Assembly: GCA_003562365.1 (NCBI GenBank)
Contig: PWVB01000227.1
Coordinates: 1-51,630 of the forward strand
Length of the DNA stretch: 51,630 bases
DNA from: Anaerolineae bacterium
GTDB taxonomy: Bacteria > Chloroflexota > Anaerolineae > B4-G1 > SLSP01
Direction of reading: 5' to 3'
Shown: positions 28,470 to 37,643 of the stretch, one piece after another
Position numbering within the stretch: position 1 is the first letter of the stretch
Layout: each line of letters opens with the position of its first letter
Notes under the pieces: model-generated
Database searches by the model: none
The model's input: the letters and a program-made list of their open reading frames with translations, nothing else
What the model was told of the DNA's origin: nothing
Position numbers and translations under genes: made by a program

Positions 28470-29053
28470 GCGACGCAGCCGTCATAGGGTCTGAGGCGCT
28501 CCTCGAGGCGCTGCTTTTTGCTGCGCCGGCGCCGGTGTCAGTGGCGGCGCTGGCCAGTGCGACGGGGTGGTCAACACAGGAAGTTGAGGCGGCGCTCAGT
28601 CACCTGGAGGAAGAGAGTGAACGCCGTGGATTTCGGCTGCAGCGGGGTCGCGGCGGTCTGCAGCTGGTCTCGGCTCCGGAGGCAGCCCCTTACATCGAGG
28701 CCCTATTGGGGCTTGATGTTACCCTCAGGCTGACCCAGGCGGCTATGGAGACGCTGGCTATCGTCGCCTACGCCCAGCCCGTGACCCGTCCTCAGATTGA
28801 GTCGATTCGCGGTGTGAACTCGGACAGCACGCTGCGCACGTTGCTGTCCACCGGCCTGATCGAGGAGCTGGGACGTGCCGATTCTCTGGGACGACCTATC
28901 CTGTATGGTACCACCTTTGAGTTCTTGCAACAGTTCGGACTTCAGCGTTCGAGCGATCTGCCGCCGCTGCAGCCTCAAGGCAACGAGGAGATCGATGGGG
29001 CATCCGCGGGCGCGGCGTCTGACGACGTTGCGTCTGAAACCAGACCGCCGTGA
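28466..29053 (+). CDS. scpB: segregation and condensation protein B
   Basis: EALLFAAPAPVSV and LETLAIVAYAQPVTRPQIESIRGVNSDSTLRTL winged-helix motifs. The GTG start overlaps the upstream stop (GTGA). Confidence 0.88.
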   Translation: MSDAAVIGSEALLEALLFAAPAPVSVAALASATGWSTQEVEAALSHLEEESERRGFRLQRGRGGLQLVSAPEAAPYIEALLGLDVTLRLTQAAMETLAIVAYAQPVTRPQIESIRGVNSDSTLRTLLSTGLIEELGRADSLGRPILYGTTFEFLQQFGLQRSSDLPPLQPQGNEEIDGASAGAASDDVASETRPP

Positions 29054-31641
29054 GTCGTTGGCGCCTATACGCCGCGACGCTGATTGCTGTCTGTCTGGTG
29101 TCGCTCTCGACTGGTGGTGCCCCGGCTCGCGCTCAGGTGCCAGCGGACGCTGTTGCGGTCTATTACGTGGGTCCGGACGATGCAATTGCTGCTGCCATCG
29201 AACGAGCTGAGCCCTACCTGTTGCGTGTCGACCAGCTGAGCTTAGCCCAGGTCGTTGTGGTCAACAACCCGCCCGGTCGTGACCCGCTAGCAGCCCTGAG
29301 TGAGGGCATTCAGCAAGAGCGGCTGGGACTGGTACTGTTCTGTGGATCGTTCTATCCCCAGGACGCCGACGACCTGCGTATTCTGTTGGGCTTGAGCACC
29401 TTCGGTCTGGACAGAACGGCAACGGCAGCGCCTGTGAGAGCTGGTGATGCGACGAGCGGCCTGCCTGGGGCGTTCAACTGGCGCTCGGCGCCGGAGATTC
29501 AGGCGCGCACGCTGATCACCAATCCCAATCTGCTACAGCCCATTGCAGTAACGCCGACTCGCCAGGGAGTGATCCAGCAGCTGAGGGGCCGCGATCAGAC
29601 ACAGGCCTTGGTAGTTGGCGGCTGGCTCGCACATCCGTCCAACGAGAGCTGGATAGAGTGGGCTTATTTCGACTACTTCGTTTACCGACTCGTTGCAGAG
29701 GCCGCCGTTGCGGGCCGGATCGTATCCTTTGCCGACTATCCACAGTCTCCGACGCCGCAACAAGCTGGGCGCCTGACGATTTTGGGCGGTGGGGCGGCGG
29801 TCATTCTTCTTGCCGGCACCCTCTATTATGGGGCACGGCGGCGCTTCTACCTCTATCCGGAGTTGGCGTGTCGCTGGGAAGAGCGAACGATGCTCTCGGG
29901 GCTGGCTGGGCCACCGCTATGGCATCGCGTGGGATTTCACCGGCCTTTGGCCGGTCTGCTGGCTTTTGCGCTGCCGGGGCTGTTGCTTCTTATCCCAGCG
30001 GCAGCCTATTACCTCACACTGCTTCCGGACCTGCTTTTCCCCAGCCACCAGGGCTGGGGGATCTGGACGGCGGTCGTCACCGCGACTGCGGGTGTGCTGC
30101 TGCTGCTTGATGCCGGTACTGGCACGGCGGCGGTCCGCTGTTTTAGCGTCTACCAGCGTCGCGCCCCGCAACGGGCGCCGCGCTATCTGCAGTTCTACGT
30201 CTGGTGGCAGTTTGTCAGCGGTGCACTGCAGGTTGGTCTTGCGGCAATCTTGATCGCCTTCGTACTGCCCGTTTTGGGCTTGGCGCATATCGCCTATTAT
30301 CTCCTGGCGCGTGTCCTGCTGCAGTTCCCGGGCTTCTTAGGGGTCTTTGCCCTGACTTTTCGTGCTCGGCAGCGTTTTGATCACGAGCAGTTCCTGAACC
30401 TGCTTTACTATCTCTGCATGCCGCTTTTTCAGGCAACGCTGATGGTAGTGCTGTTGTCGGCGCAGGGAGCGGAGCCGCGGAGGAGTCTTGCGCTGGTCGG
30501 TCTCTTGGGAATGGCTGGAGGTGTTGCGCTGGCGGAGATGGTGACCTTCGTGGTCGGCGCCTATCTCCATCGTTGGGAAGGCTACCGGCTCCGCGCTGTA
30601 CTTTTTCCGACCTTCGACCGATTTGTCTCCGCGGAGGTCCTCGCCTTTGGCATTCCCTGGGCCCTCAGCGCGTCGATCCCGGTGATCGGGTTTCTGCTGC
30701 AGTCGACCGTCTTCTCTGCGACGTTGATGCCCGCTGGCCTTGAACCCTGGAGCTGGTGGCTGATCCTGGGGAGCACCGCCGGATTTGAGATCCTCCTGAT
30801 TGGCCTGTACCGTGGTCTTATGCCGGCTCTGACGGAGGCGGCTGTGCTGAACGCGCGAACGCTGGTGCGCTACTACGTTAGTCAGGCTATGCGGTATGGT
30901 GCTTGGGTCAGCTTCTTTCTGCTGGCGGCTTTGGGCGCCTTGAGCACCCCGGCCCTAGGGCGCACGCTGGGCCTCTCTGATGGGTCTGTGGATGCTTGGC
31001 TGCCGCCGCTGCTAGCTTGGGGCGCGCTACGTTGGACGGTGTGGCTCCCTGACCGAATGCTCGAGGCGGCAGGCCGACCCTGGATTATCGCGCTGCTGGC
31101 GTTGGTGGAACAGATCCTGCGGATTGGTGGTGCTGTGGTGCTGGTCGAACGCTGGGGGACCCAGGGTCTGCTCGTGGCCTACTTCGTGGCGCTGTTGATC
31201 CGAGCCCTGCTGGCACGGACCTTCGCGCGGCGCTACCTTGCCGGGGCGCGCATCTATGTATGGCAGACGTTGCTAGCGCCTGCGGGCGCAGCCCTGCTGC
31301 TGTTTTCGCTCCTGCGTAACACCGGCCTCGCGTGGTTGGCGATAACCGAGTTGCAGGTCGTGGTGCTTGGTGCAGCCCTCTTGCTGCCGGCACTGCTTGT
31401 TTACGGCTTTCTTACTGCCCTCTTCGGCGGATGGGATGATGCTGGCGTCGCGGAGCTTCGGATGGCTACCCAACTCAGCGGCCTCGGCTACCCACTTGCA
31501 TGGCTGCTGCTGCAGTCGGTGCAGCTAGGTGCGCGTCTTTCTCCCCTCCACGGTCGCTTTCCTGTCGGCATCCGTGACCTGGCGCAGGAGGAGGCCCGCA
31601 CCCTCACCTTTGCAAAATCGCCCTCTGAACAGATAATGTAG
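29050..31641 (+). CDS. 863-aa polytopic membrane protein: signal peptide, ~230-aa extracytoplasmic domain, then ~14 TM region with MOP/Wzx/MurJ-flippase-like features
   Basis: GTGA overlap with scpB. Signal peptide ...GGAPARAQV. Many TM helices. Segment LYRGLMPALTEAAVLNARTLVRYYVSQAMRYG resembles the central loop of polysaccharide flippases. The family assignment is tentative. Confidence 0.6.
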   Translation: MSRWRLYAATLIAVCLVSLSTGGAPARAQVPADAVAVYYVGPDDAIAAAIERAEPYLLRVDQLSLAQVVVVNNPPGRDPLAALSEGIQQERLGLVLFCGSFYPQDADDLRILLGLSTFGLDRTATAAPVRAGDATSGLPGAFNWRSAPEIQARTLITNPNLLQPIAVTPTRQGVIQQLRGRDQTQALVVGGWLAHPSNESWIEWAYFDYFVYRLVAEAAVAGRIVSFADYPQSPTPQQAGRLTILGGGAAVILLAGTLYYGARRRFYLYPELACRWEERTMLSGLAGPPLWHRVGFHRPLAGLLAFALPGLLLLIPAAAYYLTLLPDLLFPSHQGWGIWTAVVTATAGVLLLLDAGTGTAAVRCFSVYQRRAPQRAPRYLQFYVWWQFVSGALQVGLAAILIAFVLPVLGLAHIAYYLLARVLLQFPGFLGVFALTFRARQRFDHEQFLNLLYYLCMPLFQATLMVVLLSAQGAEPRRSLALVGLLGMAGGVALAEMVTFVVGAYLHRWEGYRLRAVLFPTFDRFVSAEVLAFGIPWALSASIPVIGFLLQSTVFSATLMPAGLEPWSWWLILGSTAGFEILLIGLYRGLMPALTEAAVLNARTLVRYYVSQAMRYGAWVSFFLLAALGALSTPALGRTLGLSDGSVDAWLPPLLAWGALRWTVWLPDRMLEAAGRPWIIALLALVEQILRIGGAVVLVERWGTQGLLVAYFVALLIRALLARTFARRYLAGARIYVWQTLLAPAGAALLLFSLLRNTGLAWLAITELQVVVLGAALLLPALLVYGFLTALFGGWDDAGVAELRMATQLSGLGYPLAWLLLQSVQLGARLSPLHGRFPVGIRDLAQEEARTLTFAKSPSEQIM

Positions 31642-31692
31642 ATGTGCACTAGTGATCGCATCGACGGGTCGTGCGAAGAAAGGAAGGTATCT

Positions 31693-32964
31693 GTGGGTAC
31701 TCGAACCAGACGCGTATGTCTTATTATCGGTTTGTTGGTCTTCAGTCTTGCTTGCGGCCTAGGCCAGAGTACTCCGGAGGTTCAGCCGACCCCCGTGCTT
31801 GAGACACCGGTGCCGCCGCCGACAGAGACGCCCCCGCCGCCGGATACCGCCGTGCCGGCAGTCACGACGCCCACGTTCACGCCGCGCCCCAAAGGTACGG
31901 TCCTCGAGGTCATCAATGACTCCGGCCGGGACATCTGGTACCTGTTTGTCTCGCCGACGGAATCCGACGCGTGGGGCGACGACCGCCTGGGCGGAGATAT
32001 CGTCCCCGCCGGCGAGCATTACGCTTTGAGCGGGATCCTCGACGGCGTTTACGATATCCAGGCGCGAGACAGCAGCGGGGAGGTGATCGAGACCGCTTGG
32101 CAGTTTGAGATCGATGGCAACGCTTTGTGGCGCGTCGCTGCCGAGGCGGTGTTAGAGATCTACAATCAGGCCAGCGCGCCCATCGGACGACTCTATTTGT
32201 CGCCCGTCGCCAGTGGGGAGTGGGGCCCGGATCTGCTGGAAGGGGAGACCATACCCGTCGATGCGGCATTTTTGATCGAGGCCATCGACGGTGGATCCTA
32301 TGACATCCGCGCGGAGCAGACGGACGGCACGTTGATGGAGATCATCTATGATATTCCCTTGGACGGTAATTACTTCTGGACCGTTAGGGGAAAGACCGAT
32401 CTTCCCCCCAACGCTGTGCTGCGCTTCGAGGATGACTTTAGCGATAATCGCCATAATTGGGGGCTCAGCAGCCCGGACGGGACGCGGTTCAGCCCGCCGG
32501 CCAATGGTGAGTTCTGTATCGAGATCGTCGCGACTCAGATGACGGCCTGGGAATGGTATGAGCCCTTTCGCCCCGATCAGTTCATCGCCGAGATCGCCTG
32601 TGTCGTCGACGCCGGGACCGACGGCTCCTGCGGCCTTGGGTTTGGCCCGGACAACGAGAATCTCTACTGGTTTGAGATCTCGCCCTACGGTCAGACCTTC
32701 GCGCTCTTTCTGCTGCTGAACGGTCAATGGCAGGACAGCCTGCTGCCTTGGACCGTCTCCAAGAATATCTCACCCACGGGCTGGAACTATCTGAGCTTGC
32801 AGCGAATCGGTGGCGTCGTCTCGCTCTTTATCAACGGTGTGCTTCAAGCAGAGATCCCCAGCGATCACTTCCCCACCGGGCGCATCGGGCTTGGCGGGGC
32901 TGCCTATTCCGACGGCAACACCCGCGTCTGCCTGGACAACCTGCGCGTGTGGCGTATGGAGTAG
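31693..32964 (+). CDS. lipoprotein with Pro/Thr linker, two tandem ~82-aa domains and a C-terminal concanavalin/LamG-like domain
   Basis: AGGAAGG lies 5 nt upstream of the GTG at 31693. Lipobox LVFSLAC. Internal duplication visible by eye. The C-terminal fold call is inference. Confidence 0.6.
   Translation: MGTRTRRVCLIIGLLVFSLACGLGQSTPEVQPTPVLETPVPPPTETPPPPDTAVPAVTTPTFTPRPKGTVLEVINDSGRDIWYLFVSPTESDAWGDDRLGGDIVPAGEHYALSGILDGVYDIQARDSSGEVIETAWQFEIDGNALWRVAAEAVLEIYNQASAPIGRLYLSPVASGEWGPDLLEGETIPVDAAFLIEAIDGGSYDIRAEQTDGTLMEIIYDIPLDGNYFWTVRGKTDLPPNAVLRFEDDFSDNRHNWGLSSPDGTRFSPPANGEFCIEIVATQMTAWEWYEPFRPDQFIAEIACVVDAGTDGSCGLGFGPDNENLYWFEISPYGQTFALFLLLNGQWQDSLLPWTVSKNISPTGWNYLSLQRIGGVVSLFINGVLQAEIPSDHFPTGRIGLGGAAYSDGNTRVCLDNLRVWRME
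31891..32385 (+). repeat. in-frame tandem duplication encoding two homologous ~82-aa domains
   Basis: VLEVINDSG..YLFVSP.ESDAWG.D.L.GD.VP......GI.DG.YDIQA.D..G..IE....F.IDGN..W.V aligns with VLEIYNQAS..LYLSPVASGEWGPDLLEGETIP......AIDGGSYDIRAEQTDGTLMEI..DIPLDGNYFWTV. Confidence 0.7.
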
Positions 32965-32969
32965 ACTGA

Positions 32970-33392
32970 CTATCTGGTGTGGTCGGCGCCCCTCGAGACC
33001 GTGACCGTGGCGCCTTCGATGCACACCCGGTCGCCCGTGCGGATTGCCCCGATGGGCACTTGGTCTACCATCGGGATCTCGGCGATGATCGCCCCCACGG
33101 CGACGATCGGCTCGCTTTCGGCGTTGATGATTGCCGCGGGAGCCAAGCCCTCTGCTGCCAGTTGGTAGAGCACATAGGATCCCACAGTGCTGCCCTTGCC
33201 GGTGGGAAAGACCAGGACCTTGCCGGCAACGCAGGTGCCAGCCAGCGGATGGTCTCGCTCTGTCACGATGCCCGTTTGTCCGTCCACTCCCCCCAGGAAA
33301 CCGATGGGATCTGCAGAGACCAGTGCCTCGCCCTCGGCAACGCCGGCTTTGATGACTCGAGCCGTGAAGGTTAAGGGTGCTGGAGAGGTCAC
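32970..33392 (-). CDS. aconitase X swivel-domain subunit (DUF126, AcnX small subunit)
   Basis: GEALVS..PI.FLGGVD..TG, GK.LVFP.GKGST and VGAIIAEIPMV motifs. GTG at 33392 overlaps the large-subunit stop (GTGA). The upstream part of ORF 32970..33662 is Arg-rich overlap junk. Confidence 0.8.
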   Translation of the reverse strand: MTSPAPLTFTARVIKAGVAEGEALVSADPIGFLGGVDGQTGIVTERDHPLAGTCVAGKVLVFPTGKGSTVGSYVLYQLAAEGLAPAAIINAESEPIVAVGAIIAEIPMVDQVPIGAIRTGDRVCIEGATVTVSRGADHTR

Positions 33393-34633
33393 GCGTCTCT
33401 CCCCATCGAGGGCCAATGCCCGGTCTCGGCTGCGGCGAGGCACTGGTCCAAAGTGCCGAAGCGTGCCGCGACGTTTGCCAGGTTCCGCAGGTAGTAGGCG
33501 CCCTTGGCCGACGGCGTCGCCACGGCCTGAAAGCCCAGGTTCCGCACCGGGGCGATAGCCATACAGGCGTCGGCAAAGACCTGACCTCCGGCGGCCTCTA
33601 TCTTCCCCACCAGCCCGCTGTCGACTGCCAGGTCGCGTATTGGTCGGGCGCAGGTGATCCACATTGGCACCTGCAGCCTGCGCCCCGCCACCCTCTCGGT
33701 CAGCTGCGCCAGCTCCACCAGAGATGCGTGCGGGCAGCCAATCCAGACCAGGTCGATGCGCTCGATGTCATCGGATAGCATAGCGTACCCTTCGGTCAGG
33801 TCGTCGATGCACCAGCAGGCACAATCGGCGGTCAGCAGATCAGAAGAGGTTGCCTCTGGCGTCAGGCTTGCGACATGGTATAGTGCCACAGCACCCGTCG
33901 CTGCCATCGCCGCGCCTAGTGCTTTCAGCTTCTCCTCATACAGCGGATCATCCGCTTCAAGGGGCAGGTTGACGAAGAGCGGCACCGCTTTCTGAGCGGT
34001 CCGCCCAATCAATGCGCCGAGCGCGCTGTAGTCGGAGATCGTGTCCAGCACCGCGTCCACCTTCACGCGCAGTGTGGCCCGTCGATGCTCCTCAAGATGC
34101 AGCCCGTAAGCCCCGGTGCGGCCCGTGAGCGCCGCAGCGATGGCACCTGGACCTCCTTCGCGGTTGGTACGGGCGCCCAGCACGCTGTTGGCAAAGGCGA
34201 CTGCTGAGGACTCAGCCCACGCTATATGGGCGCCGGGGAGGGGACGGTTACCGATCAGATAGGGTGTGCAGGTGGGGAGAGGAACCCCTTTGCCGACACC
34301 CATACGGGCAAAGGCCGCGACGACCTGACGCTGCTTGGCAGCGAAGTCGGGGTCGAGGCCCTGGGTCTGCCAGCTGACCATATCCATCGCGGTGGGATTA
34401 AGCGTGGTGGGGACGCGCACCCGCGCGCCCTCGTCGGCCCAGCGGCAGAGGAAGTCGAGGCCTGCGTCGCCGATGTTACGGTAGGAGACCCCGGAGATCT
34501 GGACGCTCTCCACGGGAATCAGGCGCCGGGCGCCATAGATCGTGCCCAACGCCGTCACGATCTCCATCGCCCGACGCAACGCTGGGCCGGCCTCGCCAGC
34601 CAACCAGCCCTGTTCCTCAGCGGTTAAGCGCAT
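33389..34633 (-). CDS. aconitase X catalytic-domain subunit (DUF521, AcnX large subunit)
   Basis: MRLTAEEQGWLAGEAGPALRRAMEIV...ESVQISG... is typical of the DUF521 N-terminus. AGGAAG lies 5 nt upstream of the ATG at 34633. Confidence 0.8.
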   Translation of the reverse strand: MRLTAEEQGWLAGEAGPALRRAMEIVTALGTIYGARRLIPVESVQISGVSYRNIGDAGLDFLCRWADEGARVRVPTTLNPTAMDMVSWQTQGLDPDFAAKQRQVVAAFARMGVGKGVPLPTCTPYLIGNRPLPGAHIAWAESSAVAFANSVLGARTNREGGPGAIAAALTGRTGAYGLHLEEHRRATLRVKVDAVLDTISDYSALGALIGRTAQKAVPLFVNLPLEADDPLYEEKLKALGAAMAATGAVALYHVASLTPEATSSDLLTADCACWCIDDLTEGYAMLSDDIERIDLVWIGCPHASLVELAQLTERVAGRRLQVPMWITCARPIRDLAVDSGLVGKIEAAGGQVFADACMAIAPVRNLGFQAVATPSAKGAYYLRNLANVAARFGTLDQCLAAAETGHWPSMGRDA

Positions 34634-35012
34634 CACATCTTCCTCGTCCGCATTCCTTACTTTATTCGTGTTCATTCCCATTTTAGCCTGAAGGGCGCAT
34701 TCTGTCACGCAGTTGCGGTGTGTCAATGTTGTCCATGTGCGGGCGCATTTAGTGTCGGCTTAGGGTAACACGTCGACCAGGTCCATCGTAGGCCAGATGC
34801 TGGGAGTTCTGTCCAAGCTGCAATGCGCCTGGGCAGTTTTGGCCTGCAATCTGGAGATACTGGGCGGGTTATCGTATCCAAAACTGCTGGTTCCTTGCCC
34901 ATGTTGATGGGGACCTGAGCCTGGCACTCCGCTTGCGATCCGATTTCTTGGTTCTATGCCAATCTGGGCGCGCGGCTCGGAGCCAAGGCCGGGGTCTTGG
35001 CATGAACCAGGG

Positions 35013-35040
35013 TAGACAACTCCCGCACTTATGGTATACT
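35013..35040 (+). promoter_or_regulatory. candidate promoter TAGACA-16-(TGG)TATACT for tRNA-Phe
   Basis: Extended -10 TGGTATACT ends 30 nt upstream of the mature tRNA 5' end. Confidence 0.5.
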
Positions 35041-35070
35041 TTCCATCGTTGTTCAGGTGTTGTGTCCTAT

Positions 35071-35144
35071 GCCGAGATAGCTCAGTCCGGTAGAGCAGTG
35101 GACTGAAAATCCATGTGTCCCGAGTTCGATTCTCGGTCTCGGCA
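35071..35144 (+). tRNA. tRNA-Phe (anticodon GAA), 74 nt, CCA not encoded
   Basis: Cloverleaf folded by hand: acceptor GCCGAGA/TCTCGGC, D-arm GCTC/GAGC, anticodon stem GTGGA/TCCAT with loop CTGAAAA, T-arm CCGAG-TTCGATT-CTCGG, discriminator A. Confidence 0.95.
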
Positions 35145-35395
35145 CTAGGTCAAACGGCAGCACAGAACCGAGTTTTCGGAGCTGTCGCTGGTGTTCAAGT
35201 GGGGCCGCGATCAGGTTCGTCCTGAAGCGGCCCTGCTGTCTTTTCCCGGTGAGACCATCAGCAGTGGCTCATTTCCTCCGCTACTGGAACAAATTCTCCC
35301 GTGCCGTCGTCCAGAAGACAGAGCAGGGATGCTGGTGCAGCTTTCACGATCCCTCTTCCGTTCTCAGAGAGCAGTTGGCAGGGAAGGAGGCCTCG

Positions 35396-36805
35396 ATGGT
35401 GGGGAAGGTGCTTTACGCTTGGCTCGCAGTCACGATGGTATTGGTGTCTTTAGGAGCGGGTCCCGGCCTGGCAGCGCCGCTTTTGTCGGATCAGGGAGGC
35501 GATTCAGGCTATCAAGAGGCGATTAAGCGCACCGCGGCAATGGTGTGGGACCCCGAAGCGCAAAGCCTGGCCGCTGCCCACGGCCTCGAGGTCCTCAACG
35601 TCACCTGGGAGGATTCCGGACGCTACGAGAACTCCGCAGTGGGCCCGAACATCTCCGACGTGACGATTCAAGTGCAGCATGAGAATCCAGCGACGCGGGA
35701 GCTAGATCTTACGCTAATGCCGGTGATTCGCTACCCTAACTTCAGCGACTTGACCGCTGACGTCTCACCTAACCGCTTCTATCTGCTGGTTGGCAACGAG
35801 TCTGGCGGCGCGCTGGAGCGGGTGAGCTTGAGTGAATATCTCAGCGACCTGCGCCGCTACCTCAGCGATCCAGGTTCGTGGCCGGGCCGTCAGATTTCGC
35901 TGTTGAGTCCACGGGATACCCACGTTCTCGTCAGCGCTCAGGCCGCTTTTTTGCCGGTGCCGACGGGGGAAAAGGCCGAATTCAACCCGGTACTCTTCAA
36001 CTATCAGTCCTATCAGGGTGATCCGGCGGTGCTGGTCATTGTCGCCACCCGCGAGGGCTCCAGCACGACAGTGATTGATAATGTCCGCGATGCATTCCCG
36101 GTTGGATACACCTGGGGACAGCGCCTTTTCTTCAACCGGAATGGTGAACGTGCAAGTTTTACCGCTGAGCGATTGAGCGACTTCATGAACGATCCGACCG
36201 AACTTCACCGCCCTGATCTCACAGCAGCGGAAGCAGACAGCGCTGAGGCGACCGGGGAGAGCGACCTCAACATGGTGATGTTGATTCAAGTGCCGCTGAG
36301 ACAGCGCCAGCCTATGCGCGGGATGGCAGAGCTGGCGCTCGAGGCGGCACCGCTGTCCGCGCCAACGGAGCAGAGAGACTCTGACGTTGAGGTTGCTGTG
36401 ATCGGTCACGGGCCAGTTGAGGGCCCCTTCACCGAGATCGACGGGCTGGACATCGAACGCGACCCCCGTTTTCCGATTCGGGTGACGGTGCAGTTCTACA
36501 AGGCAACGAGCAACGGTGTGGTCTCTGAGGCCGATCTGGCGGAGATCGCGACGCAGATTCGGCGCGTTTACGATGAGGGTGACTATGTTGGGAGCCTGGT
36601 GGTAGACGGTCCCTCCGATCGTCCGACGGTCTATGACGGGCCGAAGATCGAGCCAGAGGATTGGTGGCACGTATTTTGGCAGCGTTTCGAGGATAACACG
36701 GGCATGAACGAGGCTGAAGCTCGGGCCCTCTGGGGCCGGCTAAGGCTTCGAGCCTGGAGCTGGTGGCCGCGCCGCTGGCGTCGTATCCCAGATTTGGACA
36801 ACTAG
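35396..36805 (+). CDS. secreted protein of unknown function (469 aa)
   Basis: GGAAGGAGG lies upstream of the ATG at 35396. Signal peptide MVGKVLYAWLAVTMVLVSLGAGPGLAAP. No family recognised. Confidence 0.6.
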   Translation: MVGKVLYAWLAVTMVLVSLGAGPGLAAPLLSDQGGDSGYQEAIKRTAAMVWDPEAQSLAAAHGLEVLNVTWEDSGRYENSAVGPNISDVTIQVQHENPATRELDLTLMPVIRYPNFSDLTADVSPNRFYLLVGNESGGALERVSLSEYLSDLRRYLSDPGSWPGRQISLLSPRDTHVLVSAQAAFLPVPTGEKAEFNPVLFNYQSYQGDPAVLVIVATREGSSTTVIDNVRDAFPVGYTWGQRLFFNRNGERASFTAERLSDFMNDPTELHRPDLTAAEADSAEATGESDLNMVMLIQVPLRQRQPMRGMAELALEAAPLSAPTEQRDSDVEVAVIGHGPVEGPFTEIDGLDIERDPRFPIRVTVQFYKATSNGVVSEADLAEIATQIRRVYDEGDYVGSLVVDGPSDRPTVYDGPKIEPEDWWHVFWQRFEDNTGMNEAEARALWGRLRLRAWSWWPRRWRRIPDLDN

Positions 36806-36878
36806 ATACGAAGGGCCGGTCGGCGATCGCGCGTCGCGAGCCCCTGGACTGTTAGGGCTTGAGGCGGTCGATCACGTC

Positions 36879-37643
36879 TTACACCTCGATATCCGCCACC
36901 GAATTCACAATGTGGGTTGGCCGGTAGGGAAACTGCTCCACCATATCCTGGGTTGTCACGCCGGTGAGCACTAGAATGGTCTCCATGCCAGTCTCGACCC
37001 CGGCTACGATGTCGGTGTCCATTCGGTCGCCGACCATTATGGTGTCCTCGGAGTGGACACCAAGGTAATTCAGCGCCGTGCGCATCATCAGGGGATTGGG
37101 CTTGCCCACAAAGAACGGGGCCTTGGCGCTGGCCTTCTCCACCAGCGCCGCCATCGCTCCGCAGGCGGGCACGATGCCCCGCTCTGAAGGCCCGGAGGTA
37201 TCCGGGTTGGTGGCGATGAACCGTGCGCCAGCCATAATGAGCCGGATACCCTTGGTGATCTGGGCGATGTTGTAGGTGTGTGTTTCGCCCAGGACAACAT
37301 ACTCAGGATCGATGTCGGTGATCACATACCCGGCGTCGTGGATAGCCTCAGTCAAGCCACTCTCGCCGATGACGAACGCGGTTCCATTGGGCCGCTGGCT
37401 CTGCAGAAAGCGGGCCGTCGCCATTGCGGAGGTAAAGATCCGCTCAGCCGGAATCTCCAGACCGATCGATTTCAGGCGGTGGGCCAGGTCACGCGGCGTA
37501 TAGAGCGGATTGTTGGTCAGCACCAGGTATTCGGCATCTTTGTGTCGTAGTGTCTGTATAAACTCCGCCGCGCCGGATATCATACTGTGCCCGCGCACCA
37601 GCACACCATCCATATCGGTGATGTAGTTCTTCTGGCGGGTCAT
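36879..37643 (-). CDS. HAD-IIA family phosphatase (NagD-like)
   Basis: DMDGVL motif I, TNN motif II, C-terminal [12 protein letters not shown] overlap with the upstream nitrilase-family gene. Confidence 0.85.
   Translation of the reverse strand: MTRQKNYITDMDGVLVRGHSMISGAAEFIQTLRHKDAEYLVLTNNPLYTPRDLAHRLKSIGLEIPAERIFTSAMATARFLQSQRPNGTAFVIGESGLTEAIHDAGYVITDIDPEYVVLGETHTYNIAQITKGIRLIMAGARFIATNPDTSGPSERGIVPACGAMAALVEKASAKAPFFVGKPNPLMMRTALNYLGVHSEDTIMVGDRMDTDIVAGVETGMETILVLTGVTTQDMVEQFPYRPTHIVNSVADIEV

Noticed and set aside
34634-35012. ~380-nt non-coding stretch upstream of AcnX and tRNA-Phe, considered as a riboswitch or sRNA
   Set aside because: I could not recognise any known riboswitch core. 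It most likely holds divergent promoter regions. It would need Rfam or RNA-seq to say more.
35765-36670. 301-aa minus-strand ORF
   Set aside because: Antisense to the secreted-protein gene, which has a strong RBS and signal peptide. The Arg/His-rich translation looks non-genuine.
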